From a virus (lineage: Duplodnaviria > Caudoviricetes), in the IMG/VR virus record IMGVR_UViG_3300045996_001760, positions 1-51,772 of that record: a stretch of 51,772 nt of DNA. One strand, given 5' to 3'. Positions 1 to 8,814 of this stretch are shown here, piece after piece; the first letter of the stretch is position 1, and each line of letters begins with the position of its first letter. Under the pieces are notes generated by a model. It saw nothing but the letters and a program-made list of their open reading frames with translations, was not told the origin of the DNA and searched no databases. The position numbers and the translations under genes are program-made.

Positions 1-127
1 GGGGCGGGATGCCTTCAGCCATGCGGGCCTGTATCTCGCCAACGATCTTGAAGCCGATCAGCTTCAGACCTGCGACCGCCGAGATCTTGCCGAGGGCTGT
101 TTGCACGCCAACGCGCTTGACCATTTC
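1..127. repeat. Terminal direct repeat identical to 51646-51772 (circular assembly overlap)
   Basis: The first 127 nt match the last 127 nt exactly, and an ORF reads through the junction. Confidence 0.95.
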
Positions 128-364
128 AGCGATGCGCGGACGGTTCTCGTCGATATACGCGCGAATGATTGATCGCTCTGGAACGTTGCCGAGGCCGAAC
201 TCGTGTGCGGTGATAATCTCGCCCACGGTCGCGCCGTTGCCGTCCTTGTGCTTCGCCGCAGCCGCGTCACCGATTGCGCCGACTTTTAGGCGTGGCTGGT
301 TCTTGCCCTTGGTGAGCTTGATCAGGGCCTTGGCGCCGTTGTCGCGTTGGGTGACTCGGCTCAC
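1..364 (-). CDS. Neck/tail-completion protein (HK97 gp10-like), 5' part; continues at 51512-51772
   Basis: GTG at 364 gives VSRVTQRDNG...AHEFGLGNVPERSIIR..., which joins the 51512..51769 ORF (PLIASGQSRSAI). Located after the head-tail adaptor. Confidence 0.8.
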   Translation of the reverse strand, partial: MSRVTQRDNGAKALIKLTKGKNQPRLKVGAIGDAAAAKHKDGNGATVGEIITAHEFGLGNVPERSIIRAYIDENRPRIAEMVKRVGVQTALGKISAVAGLKLIGFKIVGEIQARMAEGIPP

Positions 365-645
365 GGCGCGGCCCCGTATCCTCCGCAGTGGGTGAGCTCT
401 ATCTCCTCGCGCGCGGTCAAATAGACCGTCTTTGACTCCACGTCCTTCGGGCGTGCCTCGCGCCCGCTGGGCCCACCCGCGAGGTAGTGCGCCGCCAAAA
501 GCGACTGTGCCCGGTCCGTGAGGGTGCCGAACACAGTCGCGTCCGTCTGTGCCGCCGCATCGTCAAGCGCAGCTTGGATCCGAGCTTCGCCGGCTTTGGC
601 GAACTCAGGGAAGCGGGCAAGGAATGCTAGCGGGGTCGTGATCAC
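361..645 (-). CDS. Head-tail adaptor (DUF4054-like)
   Basis: FLARFPEF...LLAAHYL motifs; synteny after the capsid genes. Confidence 0.75.
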   Translation of the reverse strand: MITTPLAFLARFPEFAKAGEARIQAALDDAAAQTDATVFGTLTDRAQSLLAAHYLAGGPSGREARPKDVESKTVYLTAREEIELTHCGGYGAAP

Positions 646-974
646 GGGGTCTCTTCGTCTTCGTCTTCGTCTTCGTCTTCGTCTTCGTCTTCGTCTTCGT
701 CTTCGTCTTCGTCTTCGTCTTCGTCTTCGTCTTCGTCTTCGTCTTCGTCTTCGGGCGCAGGGTTCGAGCCCTTGTTGCGCTTGGTCTTCGGCGGGGGCGG
801 GGCTTCCGCGGGGTCAATGCCGAGCTCTCCACGGTCGAAGAAGTACTTCGCGTCCCGTTCGAGACCCTCGGTCACTTCGGCATCTGACAAGGTTACGGAC
901 TCGCCCGCGGGCAATACGCGCGTACCCAACGTCAGCCCGTGATCCGTAAGGTTCGTGAGCCTCACGTGGTTCAT
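642..974 (-). CDS. Small capsid-adjacent protein with C-terminal (ED)n tail
   Basis: 110 aa, coupled to neighbours by ATGA overlaps; resembles 971..1252. Confidence 0.75.
   Translation of the reverse strand: MNHVRLTNLTDHGLTLGTRVLPAGESVTLSDAEVTEGLERDAKYFFDRGELGIDPAEAPPPPKTKRNKGSNPAPEDEDEDEDEDEDEDEDEDEDEDEDEDEDEDEDEETP
657..752. repeat. Perfect hexamer microsatellite (GTCTTC)16, encoding (Glu-Asp)16 on the minus strand
   Basis: Read directly from the sequence. Confidence 0.95.
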
Positions 975-1252
975 GCCGCGCGCTTCGCTTTCTTCGCCTT
1001 GGGCGGGGCCTCGGGCGCATCGACGAGCTCCAAGCCGCGCTCTCCGAAGTAGTCCAACTGCGAAAGTTTGCCCGCGGTACCGGGCGCGCTGAACGCCTCG
1101 ATCTGGCGGTCGGTCAAGACGTACTCGGGCGGCTTGTCGCCCTTGACGGGTTCGTCCACGCGCCCGCGGGCGCGGCCGTACGGCTGCAAGACCAGGACCT
1201 GATCGTCAGCCTGCAACATCATTGTGTGATCGCTCATATTCCGGATTTTCAT
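971..1252 (-). CDS. Small capsid-adjacent protein, basic C-terminus
   Basis: 93 aa, SD-like GAAAGGGA upstream, directly after the MCP gene. Confidence 0.75.
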   Translation of the reverse strand: MKIRNMSDHTMMLQADDQVLVLQPYGRARGRVDEPVKGDKPPEYVLTDRQIEAFSAPGTAGKLSQLDYFGERGLELVDAPEAPPKAKKAKRAA

Positions 1253-1280
1253 GGCGTGTTCCCTTTCGATTCCTGCCTTC

Positions 1281-1331
1281 GAAATAGAAACGCCCTGGCC
1301 CGTCGAAAGTCAGGAAAGCCCGGGCCAGGGC
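1281..1331 (-). terminator. Putative intrinsic terminator after the MCP gene
   Basis: 11-bp stem GCCCTGGCCCG/CGGGCCAGGGC followed by GTTTCTATTT on the minus strand. Confidence 0.6.
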
Positions 1332-1361
1332 ATAAGGTGCGAGGTGTGACGCGCGCGAGGA

Positions 1362-2375
1362 CTACTGAATATCCATGTAGGAGCACGCGAGCGGGTAGTG
1401 GACCGCGAGGCCACCGAACCGCATTTGGCTCTTCACCTGGATAATCAGGCCGTCCGTGGGCGACGGAAATTCGAGGTACTCGTAGGCCAGCAAGGCCTCG
1501 AGCACCATGGGGTCGTTCTTGTAGCAGAGGGCGCGGCCACCGGTGCCGCCCGCGTTGGCCAAGTTCAACTTGTTCCAGTATTGGATCGAGGTGATCCCGG
1601 TCTTCGCTTGCTGCTGTGTAGCGAGCCACGCTTGTTCGATCGTGGTGGGCGTGGTGGTCGTGGACCAAGGCGCCGTCAAGTACGGCTTGACGCTCAGCGG
1701 CAACACCAAGGTGTCCGACTTGAAGAAGCCGCCCGTTGCCTGCTCGGCCGCTTGAACCAACTTGTTCAAATCGCCGAAGAGCTGCGTGGGCGTGGTGGCC
1801 CCGGTCCAAGTACCGGTCACCGGTGCTACCGCGGTGAAGTCCGTGTTACCCGCGAGGCCGCGAATACCGTGGACCAGATCACCGCGCGTGATCACATCGT
1901 CGAACTTCTGCTCGAGGGCCATGCGCGCAGCCAGCGCAAGCTTGGAGTTCAGCGGGGTTTTGCTGAAAATCGCGGCTTGCAGGTCCTCGAAGGAGTACTG
2001 GTACTTGTCCCAGATCGTGCGCATCGGGAACGTGAAGCGCTTCTTGCGGAGCGTGACTTCTGGCGCATCGGTCGCGCCGGCGGTCTTGAACTCAGCTTCG
2101 CCCAGCGCCTCGTATTGATCGTAGCTATACGTATCCGCGCCGGGGTGGACGGTCTCCGAAAATGGGACCAGCGTGCGTGCCATCGTCGGGAAATTGACGA
2201 CATCGTACGTCTTGGCGGAGACTTGACGCAGCTCGCTTTGGAGGAAGGCCGTTCCGCCTTCGACCGATGGCACCGCGTCCGAGCGATACCCGCCCGCTCG
2301 GGACTCTTGAACAACGTTCGCGACGATCCGCGCGATGTCCGCGCGGTAACCACCGAAAGCAAAGTGAGCAGACAT
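1362..2375 (-). CDS. Major capsid protein (DUF2184-like, HK97 fold)
   Basis: Start MSAHFAF at 2375 overlaps the upstream TAA. FLQSELRQV, GADTYSY and RFGGLAVHYP motifs; synteny. Confidence 0.88.
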   Translation of the reverse strand: MSAHFAFGGYRADIARIVANVVQESRAGGYRSDAVPSVEGGTAFLQSELRQVSAKTYDVVNFPTMARTLVPFSETVHPGADTYSYDQYEALGEAEFKTAGATDAPEVTLRKKRFTFPMRTIWDKYQYSFEDLQAAIFSKTPLNSKLALAARMALEQKFDDVITRGDLVHGIRGLAGNTDFTAVAPVTGTWTGATTPTQLFGDLNKLVQAAEQATGGFFKSDTLVLPLSVKPYLTAPWSTTTTPTTIEQAWLATQQQAKTGITSIQYWNKLNLANAGGTGGRALCYKNDPMVLEALLAYEYLEFPSPTDGLIIQVKSQMRFGGLAVHYPLACSYMDIQ

Positions 2376-2866
2376 TACAGGATCTCCAGAAGGACGGGGC
2401 CCGCCGCGGTGCAAGCTTTGGCGACGCGGACGTTTGCGTATGAGGTGCACGACGCGGTGTCCGCGTCGTTCCGGACCTTGCCGGTTATGGTATTGCCGCC
2501 GGAAGCGGCATGGCGAATGAACACGGTGTCACCCATGGCCATGGGCTCTTCGGCGAAGCCGTACACGTAGCCCTTGTGAACGATCGTCATCGGCTGTTCC
2601 GCCGAGTACTGAACCGTGGTGGTGAGGTCCGGGACCGTCGCACTGTGCTTGTACGCGGCCACGCCGAGGAGTGACTGGAAGTCCACATCACCCGCTGCGG
2701 CGATCGACTTGGCCTGCTTCGCGTTGTCGGTGCCTACGCACACGAACACGCCGAACAGGATCGCGGCCTCGGCAACACGATCCGCGATCACGCGGTCTCG
2801 GTCGCCGTCGCCGTACCGCATACCCGGGAGGGCCGCGGTGAAATTCTGCGTCATTGAAGTTTGCAT
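2375..2866 (-). CDS. Capsid decoration/cement protein
   Basis: 163 aa, beta-rich (ILFGVFV, KGYVY, GDTVFIR); lies between the DUF2213-like gene and MCP. Confidence 0.75.
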   Translation of the reverse strand: MQTSMTQNFTAALPGMRYGDGDRDRVIADRVAEAAILFGVFVCVGTDNAKQAKSIAAAGDVDFQSLLGVAAYKHSATVPDLTTTVQYSAEQPMTIVHKGYVYGFAEEPMAMGDTVFIRHAASGGNTITGKVRNDADTASCTSYANVRVAKACTAAGPVLLEIL

Positions 2867-2872
2867 GAAAAC

Positions 2873-4030
2873 TTACTTTCTCCCCGCGGTGTGAAGGGTT
2901 CGTGCCTTGGCGCGTTGCTGCGCGATATAGGCGTCGGGGTTGCTCTCCGCGGTGACTTCGCGGGCGTCCTCGCGGGCGTGGCTGCCCCCGCCGGTAAGAC
3001 CCGCGGTGATCGCGTCTTGGCGGTCGCTGCCCTCGGCGGCAGGCTTCACCTTGACGGACTCACACGCGAGGTCGAAACGGACGTCCACGTAGGCGTCCGG
3101 CTTGCCAGCGAGCGGTACGTTTGCGTCCAGCTTCAGGATCGCGCGCTCTTTGATCTGGCGGTCGGTTTCGTCCGCTTTGAACGTGGCTTCCGCGCCCAGC
3201 ACGGTCTTGGCCGAAGCCTCGAGTGCAGCGCGTGCGGCCTTGGCCGCGTCCGCGCGGAACGTCGCAAGCTCGGTGTCTGCCTTGTCCGCGCGGGCCTTTT
3301 CCTTGTCGCGTTCGCTCGTAAGCGAGGCGATCTGCGCGTCGCGCGTGGCGTCGATCCGGGCCTGAGCAGTCAAGTGCTCCGCTGAACCCGCCTCGACTTC
3401 GACGTCCTTGCCGTCCAGTCTCAGAGTGATTTTCATTTTTGGTGTCTTCTCTTCCGCGGGTTCGCGGTGTTCGTTGCCGGCTGCGTCCAATCGCAACCCA
3501 ACACTTTCGCCTTGGCGGCCCTGGCCCCGACCGATCAACGCAATGTGGTTGTAACGGATGTTCCGTTGCACCTGGTCATAGCGGCCGTATACGGGGTGGG
3601 TCCCCGGTGTGGGGTCAATGTCCACGTGATAGCCTGGCGATATATCGCGCAGGGCTTCGCGGTCTGCGTCCTCGCGCGCGATGCGCGCCTGCGCGTCTTG
3701 GCGCGAAACGATCAGCGTTGCGGCTACGCCGTTCGTGGCCTCGTCTTTGCGCAGCTGGCCGCGCACGTGGCCTACGCTTTCGCTCGCCCAGTTGGCGGGG
3801 CTCACCCCGCCCGGCGGGTGGCCGATCGTAACGGGCACGTCACCCAGTGAAGCGACCGACTCTGGAGAGTGGACTTCTTCTGGGGGCCTGAGTTCGAGGA
3901 TTTCGCGGCCGGTGTCGGTGCGATACTTGAAGACGCCCGCACGCGTCAGAACAGCCGGGATAGCCACCCCGCCGTTGCCGGTTCGCTCGAACTTATCGAG
4001 CCTGACAGTATCCGTGCGGAAAACGCCCAT
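2873..4030 (-). CDS. DUF2213-like head maturation protease/scaffold
   Basis: TRAGVFKY, ELRPPEEV, PVTIGHP, ISPGY and NHIALI motifs; C-terminal coiled coil. Confidence 0.85.
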   Translation of the reverse strand: MGVFRTDTVRLDKFERTGNGGVAIPAVLTRAGVFKYRTDTGREILELRPPEEVHSPESVASLGDVPVTIGHPPGGVSPANWASESVGHVRGQLRKDEATNGVAATLIVSRQDAQARIAREDADREALRDISPGYHVDIDPTPGTHPVYGRYDQVQRNIRYNHIALIGRGQGRQGESVGLRLDAAGNEHREPAEEKTPKMKITLRLDGKDVEVEAGSAEHLTAQARIDATRDAQIASLTSERDKEKARADKADTELATFRADAAKAARAALEASAKTVLGAEATFKADETDRQIKERAILKLDANVPLAGKPDAYVDVRFDLACESVKVKPAAEGSDRQDAITAGLTGGGSHAREDAREVTAESNPDAYIAQQRAKARTLHTAGRK

Positions 4031-4093
4031 TGACCCGATTAGGGTCGCATGCGTTCATGGGTCCGTCAAGACCCAGGTCAAAAACTACCCAGA

Positions 4094-4366
4094 TCAGAGG
4101 TCTTCGGGGTGGGCCTGGGGGAGGCCCTCCGCGCCGAGTAGCGAAAACCCCTCGTAGATGCGCCCGACCAAATCAGCCACCTCGCGCGAGCCCTCGCGGG
4201 CTTCTTCCAGCCGGCTATCGTAAGCCCAGCGCCCGTGGCCGCCGGTAATACGGTCCAGAGCAAACGCCACGTGCCGCGCGCAGTCAGGGGCGTGGGCGGG
4301 GATACCAGGTTCGGCGGGGACTCGGATCGTCGGTCGGGACTCGGTGCGTCGCTCGCGGTCGGCCAT
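4094..4366 (-). CDS. Hypothetical 90-aa protein with its own promoter
   Basis: TTCACT-N17-TATATA lies 6 nt before the ATG. Confidence 0.6.
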   Translation of the reverse strand: MADRERRTESRPTIRVPAEPGIPAHAPDCARHVAFALDRITGGHGRWAYDSRLEEAREGSREVADLVGRIYEGFSLLGAEGLPQAHPEDL

Positions 4367-4372
4367 GCCTTG

Positions 4373-4401
4373 TATATACGACGGGGCCGCGCGCTAGTGA
4401 A
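4373..4401 (-). promoter_or_regulatory. Sigma70-like promoter, probably leaderless
   Basis: TTCACT-N17-TATATA-caaggc-ATG. Confidence 0.55.
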
Positions 4402-4419
4402 GTTAGCCGCGTACGATTC

Positions 4420-5508
4420 TCAAATACGAACCCACCCGTCCGGTGTCCACTGCTCGACCCAACGTATAACAGTGTGAGTCCAGCCGCGTTCGGCGTGCGC
4501 ACGTTCGTACCTAGCGATCGTTGCGCGCGCCCGGTCCGCGGACGCGAACGTCCCGCCATTCTGCTGTGAGGGCCCTGGGTTCGAAAGGTTGTCGGACATA
4601 ACTCGGAACTTACGTTTAGGCTCGTCCACGATTTTGGAGGTCTCCTGCTTGGCTTCAGCGGAGGGCGCTTGCTTCTTTGGGGCGTCTGACCCCGGCCGCA
4701 CCATAGGCCCGATATCGTCCAACAATGAGACTACGGGGAGCGCCACACACCTGCATTGTATATCACCACCGGGGTTACGCCGTTCACCTGTTCGCTTGTT
4801 CACTATCGGGGGTGAGTCGAACCGAAAGCGCTTGCCGTGCAGCTTGCGGTGATCCTCGCGCACGGCCTCGTCCAGGGACGTTGACCAGTCGTATTCTTCA
4901 ATGCCTGCCTTAGTCGCGTTGTCTTGTAGCAGTTGCGCATTGAGCTTCGTTGTCTGGTCTCGCGCGATCAGCTTGGCGTGAGACCAGCCCACGCCCGTGC
5001 GTTCACGTATCGCGCCGGCGGTGTCCTCGAAGCGCTGACCCGCTGCGCTCGCCTTGCGCAGGATCGGAAGTAGTTCGGCTATCTGCTCATCACCCAGCGT
5101 CTTGATTAGGCTGATATTCTCGCGAATGAAACCTTCCGTGCGATCCTTGGTTGCGAGCTGCGTTGCCGGGATCTTCGCTACGCGCGCGATGTAACCCTTG
5201 TTCTGATCAGCTAGCTTGCGGGTGAGCCCTTTCAAGTAGCGTTCGACCCCGCTCTGATCGAACAAGCGATCGAAGTCGAGGGACAGGGTCTCCTTGCTCG
5301 GGGGCTTCGCGTCCACGCGCGCATCGTCGCGGGCGTCCAACACACCGCGCGAGACTTTCTCGACGTGCGCGGACCATCTCTCCCAGAAGACACCGAACGC
5401 CCGTACCGTGCGCGCCTCGTCCGTGCGGGCGTTAGGCGGTAGCGTGCGCGCGGGGCCCTTGGTTGGCTCCTTACGGCCAAGCTTCCTGTAAAGCGCGGAC
5501 TGGGCCAT
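4420..5508 (-). CDS. MuF/SPP1 gp7-like minor head protein with C-terminal extension
   Basis: LIARDQTTKLN, YDWSTSLDEAVREDH and PGGDIQCRC motifs; the start overlaps the portal stop. Confidence 0.88.
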   Translation of the reverse strand: MAQSALYRKLGRKEPTKGPARTLPPNARTDEARTVRAFGVFWERWSAHVEKVSRGVLDARDDARVDAKPPSKETLSLDFDRLFDQSGVERYLKGLTRKLADQNKGYIARVAKIPATQLATKDRTEGFIRENISLIKTLGDEQIAELLPILRKASAAGQRFEDTAGAIRERTGVGWSHAKLIARDQTTKLNAQLLQDNATKAGIEEYDWSTSLDEAVREDHRKLHGKRFRFDSPPIVNKRTGERRNPGGDIQCRCVALPVVSLLDDIGPMVRPGSDAPKKQAPSAEAKQETSKIVDEPKRKFRVMSDNLSNPGPSQQNGGTFASADRARATIARYERAHAERGWTHTVIRWVEQWTPDGWVRI

Positions 5509-7451
5509 CAGGCGCCAAACTGTTTCGCAGCCTGCTCGAAGTCCCACGCCTCGAGCGCGAAGCGCGCCGCGTCCAACTCTTTGCGGACACGGGCGAGCTC
5601 TCGGAAGCACGCGCGCACCTCGGGCGGTAGCGTGGCCACCTTGCTCGCCTCGGGTAGGTGTGCGGCGCGTTCAGCCTTGCGCGTGGAGATCTCGACCTTG
5701 AGGGGTGCGGTGTACTTCTGCGCCTCGAGCGGGTCTTTCGTGTCGGCCTCGAGATCACGGACCGACGCAGCAAGCCGGCTGATCGCCTTGCCTAGGCGCC
5801 TGCGTTCAGCGCGTGCCTCGAGCGCAAGCGAGGCTTGCGGGTGTTCCTTCTGCGCAGACTTGGCCGCACGCTCGGCAAGAATGAAGGCTTGCTTGGCGGC
5901 CTTCAATTCGGCCACGCGCTTCGCTAGTTCGTCCTCGTCCGTGCGCTCTTTCTTCTTCGTGGGCGGGGCGCCCTCCTTGCCTGGGGGCAGGGCCTTGGCC
6001 TTCGCTTCACGGTCGGCCTGCGCGGCCTCTTCCTCCTTGGCTGCGCGGTCTGCGATCTGATCCGCGGCGCCGTTCTTCAGCGCCTCACGGCGAAGGTTGA
6101 TCGCTTCTTCGTCGAAGTCCAGATCGCTCATTTGCCAACCGTCTTCGCCCGCGCGCGCAAGGAACACTTCTTCGGGCAAGATGACCTGGTTCGTGATGTA
6201 CGCCGCGTCAGCCGCGGCCGTGACCGAGTAGGCTTCTGCTTTCTCTTTGGCCGTGGGTTGGCGGATGGGGCCAAAGCTGATCTGAATCTCGTACCCCGCC
6301 GGGAGCTTCGGCGCCGAACGCGCGCCAAGTAGGATCTCGTACATGCGCCTGCATCGGGGCTCGGCTTCTTGCGTGCGGTCTGCAATCACGCGACCTTCGA
6401 ACCATTCCAGATCGCTCGCGCCCGTGGCGTTGAGGCCGGCCGGTGCCTCACCCATCAGGATGGTAACGGGGACTTCGGCCTCGGCCGCTACGCGTTTGAT
6501 CGAGCGATCGTCAAGGTCGGCCAAGCCAGCGAACGGCGCGGCCTCACGTGAGAACTCTTCCTTGTCCTTGTCCAACACGATCGCGCGGTAGACGCCCTTG
6601 ACCTTGTTGATGATGCTGTATCGCTCGAGGGCCGCGTCCTTCTTACCGGAGCCGATCAGGCTGAACAGGCCTTGCACCTTGAGGATGTTCACGGACGCTT
6701 CTTGGATCAGCGTCTGAATGCCGCCCCATACCGTCCCGTCGTTCTTCAGCGCGTTGTATGGGCGCTGAAGAACGCTGAAGTCCCAGCCGTCCAAGTAAGA
6801 GCACTTTGCGAGCATCTCGGTGCGCGCGCCTGGCCAGATCACCAGCCGGCTTTCGTGGACCAGGCCAAGCGGCGTAGTGACTTGTCCGCGCGTGGTGGGC
6901 GGTCGCACCGAGTAGACTACCGTCTTGCCAGAGCGGTCATTCTGGTGACGGCCAAGCCAGCGCTTATCTACCACGCGGATCCCGGTGACCTTGTCATAGC
7001 TACCGGGCGTGAGCGGCATCAATGGATCCTGGTCCGTCAGAAACCACATGACGGACCCGCCGAACAAGCGAGACCAGATCCACGCCTCGGTGGCGCGCGC
7101 GGTGCACTCATACTGAGCGAGATACCGGGTGACGTCCTGGGCCTTCTTACCCAGCCCACTCAGCCACATACCACCCTGGAACGCCGTGCGCGGGTATATG
7201 TCCACGATACGCGCGGCCATGCCGTCATGTGTGAACATGCTAGCCAACGTCACGTCATCCAAGTGGAAGCTAGTAGCCGAGTTCCAGATCGTGGCCGCGG
7301 ACTTGTCCGAGCTCGTCCCCGCGCCCGTGAGAGCGTTGTAGTAGGCATCCTCGCGCGCGCCTTCGAGCTCGCGCCGGCCCTGCGTGCAAACTTGCTCGAG
7401 GTCCTGGGCCATTTCCTGATCGGTCTTGTAGCTGCGAAGTGAGCGGTTCAC
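5508..7451 (-). CDS. Portal protein (DUF1073-like) with long C-terminal extension
   Basis: NALTGAG, LFGGS, VHESRL and PVTILMGEAPAGLNATG motifs. Confidence 0.88.
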   Translation of the reverse strand: MNRSLRSYKTDQEMAQDLEQVCTQGRRELEGAREDAYYNALTGAGTSSDKSAATIWNSATSFHLDDVTLASMFTHDGMAARIVDIYPRTAFQGGMWLSGLGKKAQDVTRYLAQYECTARATEAWIWSRLFGGSVMWFLTDQDPLMPLTPGSYDKVTGIRVVDKRWLGRHQNDRSGKTVVYSVRPPTTRGQVTTPLGLVHESRLVIWPGARTEMLAKCSYLDGWDFSVLQRPYNALKNDGTVWGGIQTLIQEASVNILKVQGLFSLIGSGKKDAALERYSIINKVKGVYRAIVLDKDKEEFSREAAPFAGLADLDDRSIKRVAAEAEVPVTILMGEAPAGLNATGASDLEWFEGRVIADRTQEAEPRCRRMYEILLGARSAPKLPAGYEIQISFGPIRQPTAKEKAEAYSVTAAADAAYITNQVILPEEVFLARAGEDGWQMSDLDFDEEAINLRREALKNGAADQIADRAAKEEEAAQADREAKAKALPPGKEGAPPTKKKERTDEDELAKRVAELKAAKQAFILAERAAKSAQKEHPQASLALEARAERRRLGKAISRLAASVRDLEADTKDPLEAQKYTAPLKVEISTRKAERAAHLPEASKVATLPPEVRACFRELARVRKELDAARFALEAWDFEQAAKQFGA

Positions 7452-7457
7452 GCCAAG

Positions 7458-7541
7458 ACTGTATCACGGGCCTGGGTCAAATTCGACCCACACGATTTCT
7501 TGAGCTAGGGCCTTGCATGTAAACGTGGAAGGGTACATATA
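7458..7541. promoter_or_regulatory. Divergent promoter region (portal leftward, cassette rightward) with imperfect palindrome
   Basis: Minus strand: TACAGT 6 nt before the portal GTG. Palindrome TGGGTCAA-at-TCGACCCA. Plus strand: TTGCAT-N17-CATATA then GGAGG. Confidence 0.5.
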
Positions 7542-7553
7542 GGAGGGGTCCTC

Positions 7554-7778
7554 ATGACGAACACGCCCAACCCGAACCGTTTCCAAGTAGGTATTATGCG
7601 CCGCACGAAGCGGTACCCTAACGGCCACCTCGCTAAGTTTGACGCCTTGACCGTGTTTGACCGCGGCACGTCGCTGAATATGTGGGCCGCTATCGCCTCG
7701 TATCGGGGGCAACATTCTGGCGCCGAAGCCGCGGCGCATGCCGCAACGCTCAATGCGGCAGAAGGTTCGCGCCAATGA
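7554..7778 (+). CDS. Hypothetical protein, first gene of the antisense cassette
   Basis: Strong SD AGGAGG; ATGA coupling to the next gene. Confidence 0.7.
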   Translation: MTNTPNPNRFQVGIMRRTKRYPNGHLAKFDALTVFDRGTSLNMWAAIASYRGQHSGAEAAAHAATLNAAEGSRQ

Positions 7779-7945
7779 AACGCTGCTTCTACTGCGATCG
7801 TCCCGTGCGCGGCCGTTACTGCCGAGCCTGCGCGGACCTGTTCGGCCCCGAATCTTCCCCGCCCGCCACGGACTGGGTAAGCGCTATCGTGAGCGCTATC
7901 GTCATCGGCGCGGCCCTCGCCTACTGGCTCATATCGAAACCCTGA
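7775..7945 (+). CDS. Small Zn-finger plus transmembrane protein
   Basis: CxxC...CxxC followed by a hydrophobic C-terminal helix. Confidence 0.65.
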   Translation: MKRCFYCDRPVRGRYCRACADLFGPESSPPATDWVSAIVSAIVIGAALAYWLISKP

Positions 7946-7955
7946 AAGGAAAGTC

Positions 7956-8207
7956 ATGTTCAAGTACCTATCCCTCGTAGCCCTGATCCTCACTTCCGCG
8001 TGCGCGGTAGAAGCTGAGCCCGAAGCCCCTGCCGAGCTCCAATGCAACGTCATCGCCCAAAGTGAGGAATGCGGCAGCACCGCGTGCTTCGACTGCAATC
8101 GCGCGCCCAGCCAGGCTGACCCCGGTTTCATCCGGAGCGAATGCGAACCGGTCGGCCCCACGGGCGTGCACGGCGCGGGCCTCTACTTCTGCCTAGTGGT
8201 GTTCTGA
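7956..8207 (+). CDS. Cys-rich putative lipoprotein
   Basis: Signal peptide MFKYLSLVALILTSA-C with lipobox-like end; SD AAGGA. Confidence 0.65.
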   Translation: MFKYLSLVALILTSACAVEAEPEAPAELQCNVIAQSEECGSTACFDCNRAPSQADPGFIRSECEPVGPTGVHGAGLYFCLVVF

Positions 8208-8536
8208 TGCCCCCTCTCTACACCCATAACTACTGCCTCGGCATGGCCGCGGGCATGCGCCGCGCGACGAAGTGGATCCGCGATGTGTTCCCCGCCGTCG
8301 CCCAAGCCCCCTATCGGCCCTTTGCCTCGATCGGGGACTTGGCCCTCGCCCAGTGCCTTGAGCGAATCGAGGAAGCCGCGAGGCACGAGGAGCGCGGGCG
8401 CACGGGGCTACGGACCGAGCTAGCCGAGCTCCTCGCGCAGTGGCGGGACAAGACCCACAGCCCGCACATAGGCCCGGACGAGGCCTGCGTCCTCGCCGCG
8501 TGCGCGGACGAGCTCGAAAGGGCCCTGCACAAATGA
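8207..8536 (+). CDS. Hypothetical protein
   Basis: TGATG coupling to the previous gene. Confidence 0.6.
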   Translation: MPPLYTHNYCLGMAAGMRRATKWIRDVFPAVAQAPYRPFASIGDLALAQCLERIEEAARHEERGRTGLRTELAELLAQWRDKTHSPHIGPDEACVLAACADELERALHK

Positions 8537-8814
8537 AACCCCTATCCGCCAAACAGATCGCGTTGCTCGAATACGTCGAGCAACACCCTGGCATTACCGC
8601 GGCCGAGGTCCACCGCGCGATCGGGAAGAAGAACCGGAAACACTCCGGAACCTACGCGCGGATCGCTCGGCTCAAGGCGCGGGGTTTGCTCAAGGAGGGC
8701 GCGGTAACGTTGACCTCGTGCGCGCGTTGGCCCTCCAATAACGGGGTCGGCAGGGAAGTACTGTTCAGCAACGCGATCGGCCTATACCGGGTCGCACATT
8801 TGGAGGCGCCATGA
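8533..8814 (+). CDS. Winged-HTH DNA-binding protein
   Basis: LSAKQIALLEYVEQHPGITAAEVHRAI...LKARGLL pattern. Confidence 0.65.
   Translation: MKPLSAKQIALLEYVEQHPGITAAEVHRAIGKKNRKHSGTYARIARLKARGLLKEGAVTLTSCARWPSNNGVGREVLFSNAIGLYRVAHLEAP

Noticed and set aside
657-752. CRISPR array or DGR
   Set aside because: The repeats have no spacers, and no reverse transcriptase or template/variable repeat pair was seen anywhere.
518-949. (LR)n and (TK)n ORFs over the microsatellite
   Set aside because: These are alternative frames of the (ED)n repeat; the acidic frame is the one coupled to its neighbours.
1398-2570. Long antisense ORFs (also 6672..7442, 9061..9849, 23746..24849, 46709..47482)
   Set aside because: They lie opposite well-supported genes, as expected in GC-rich DNA with biased third positions.
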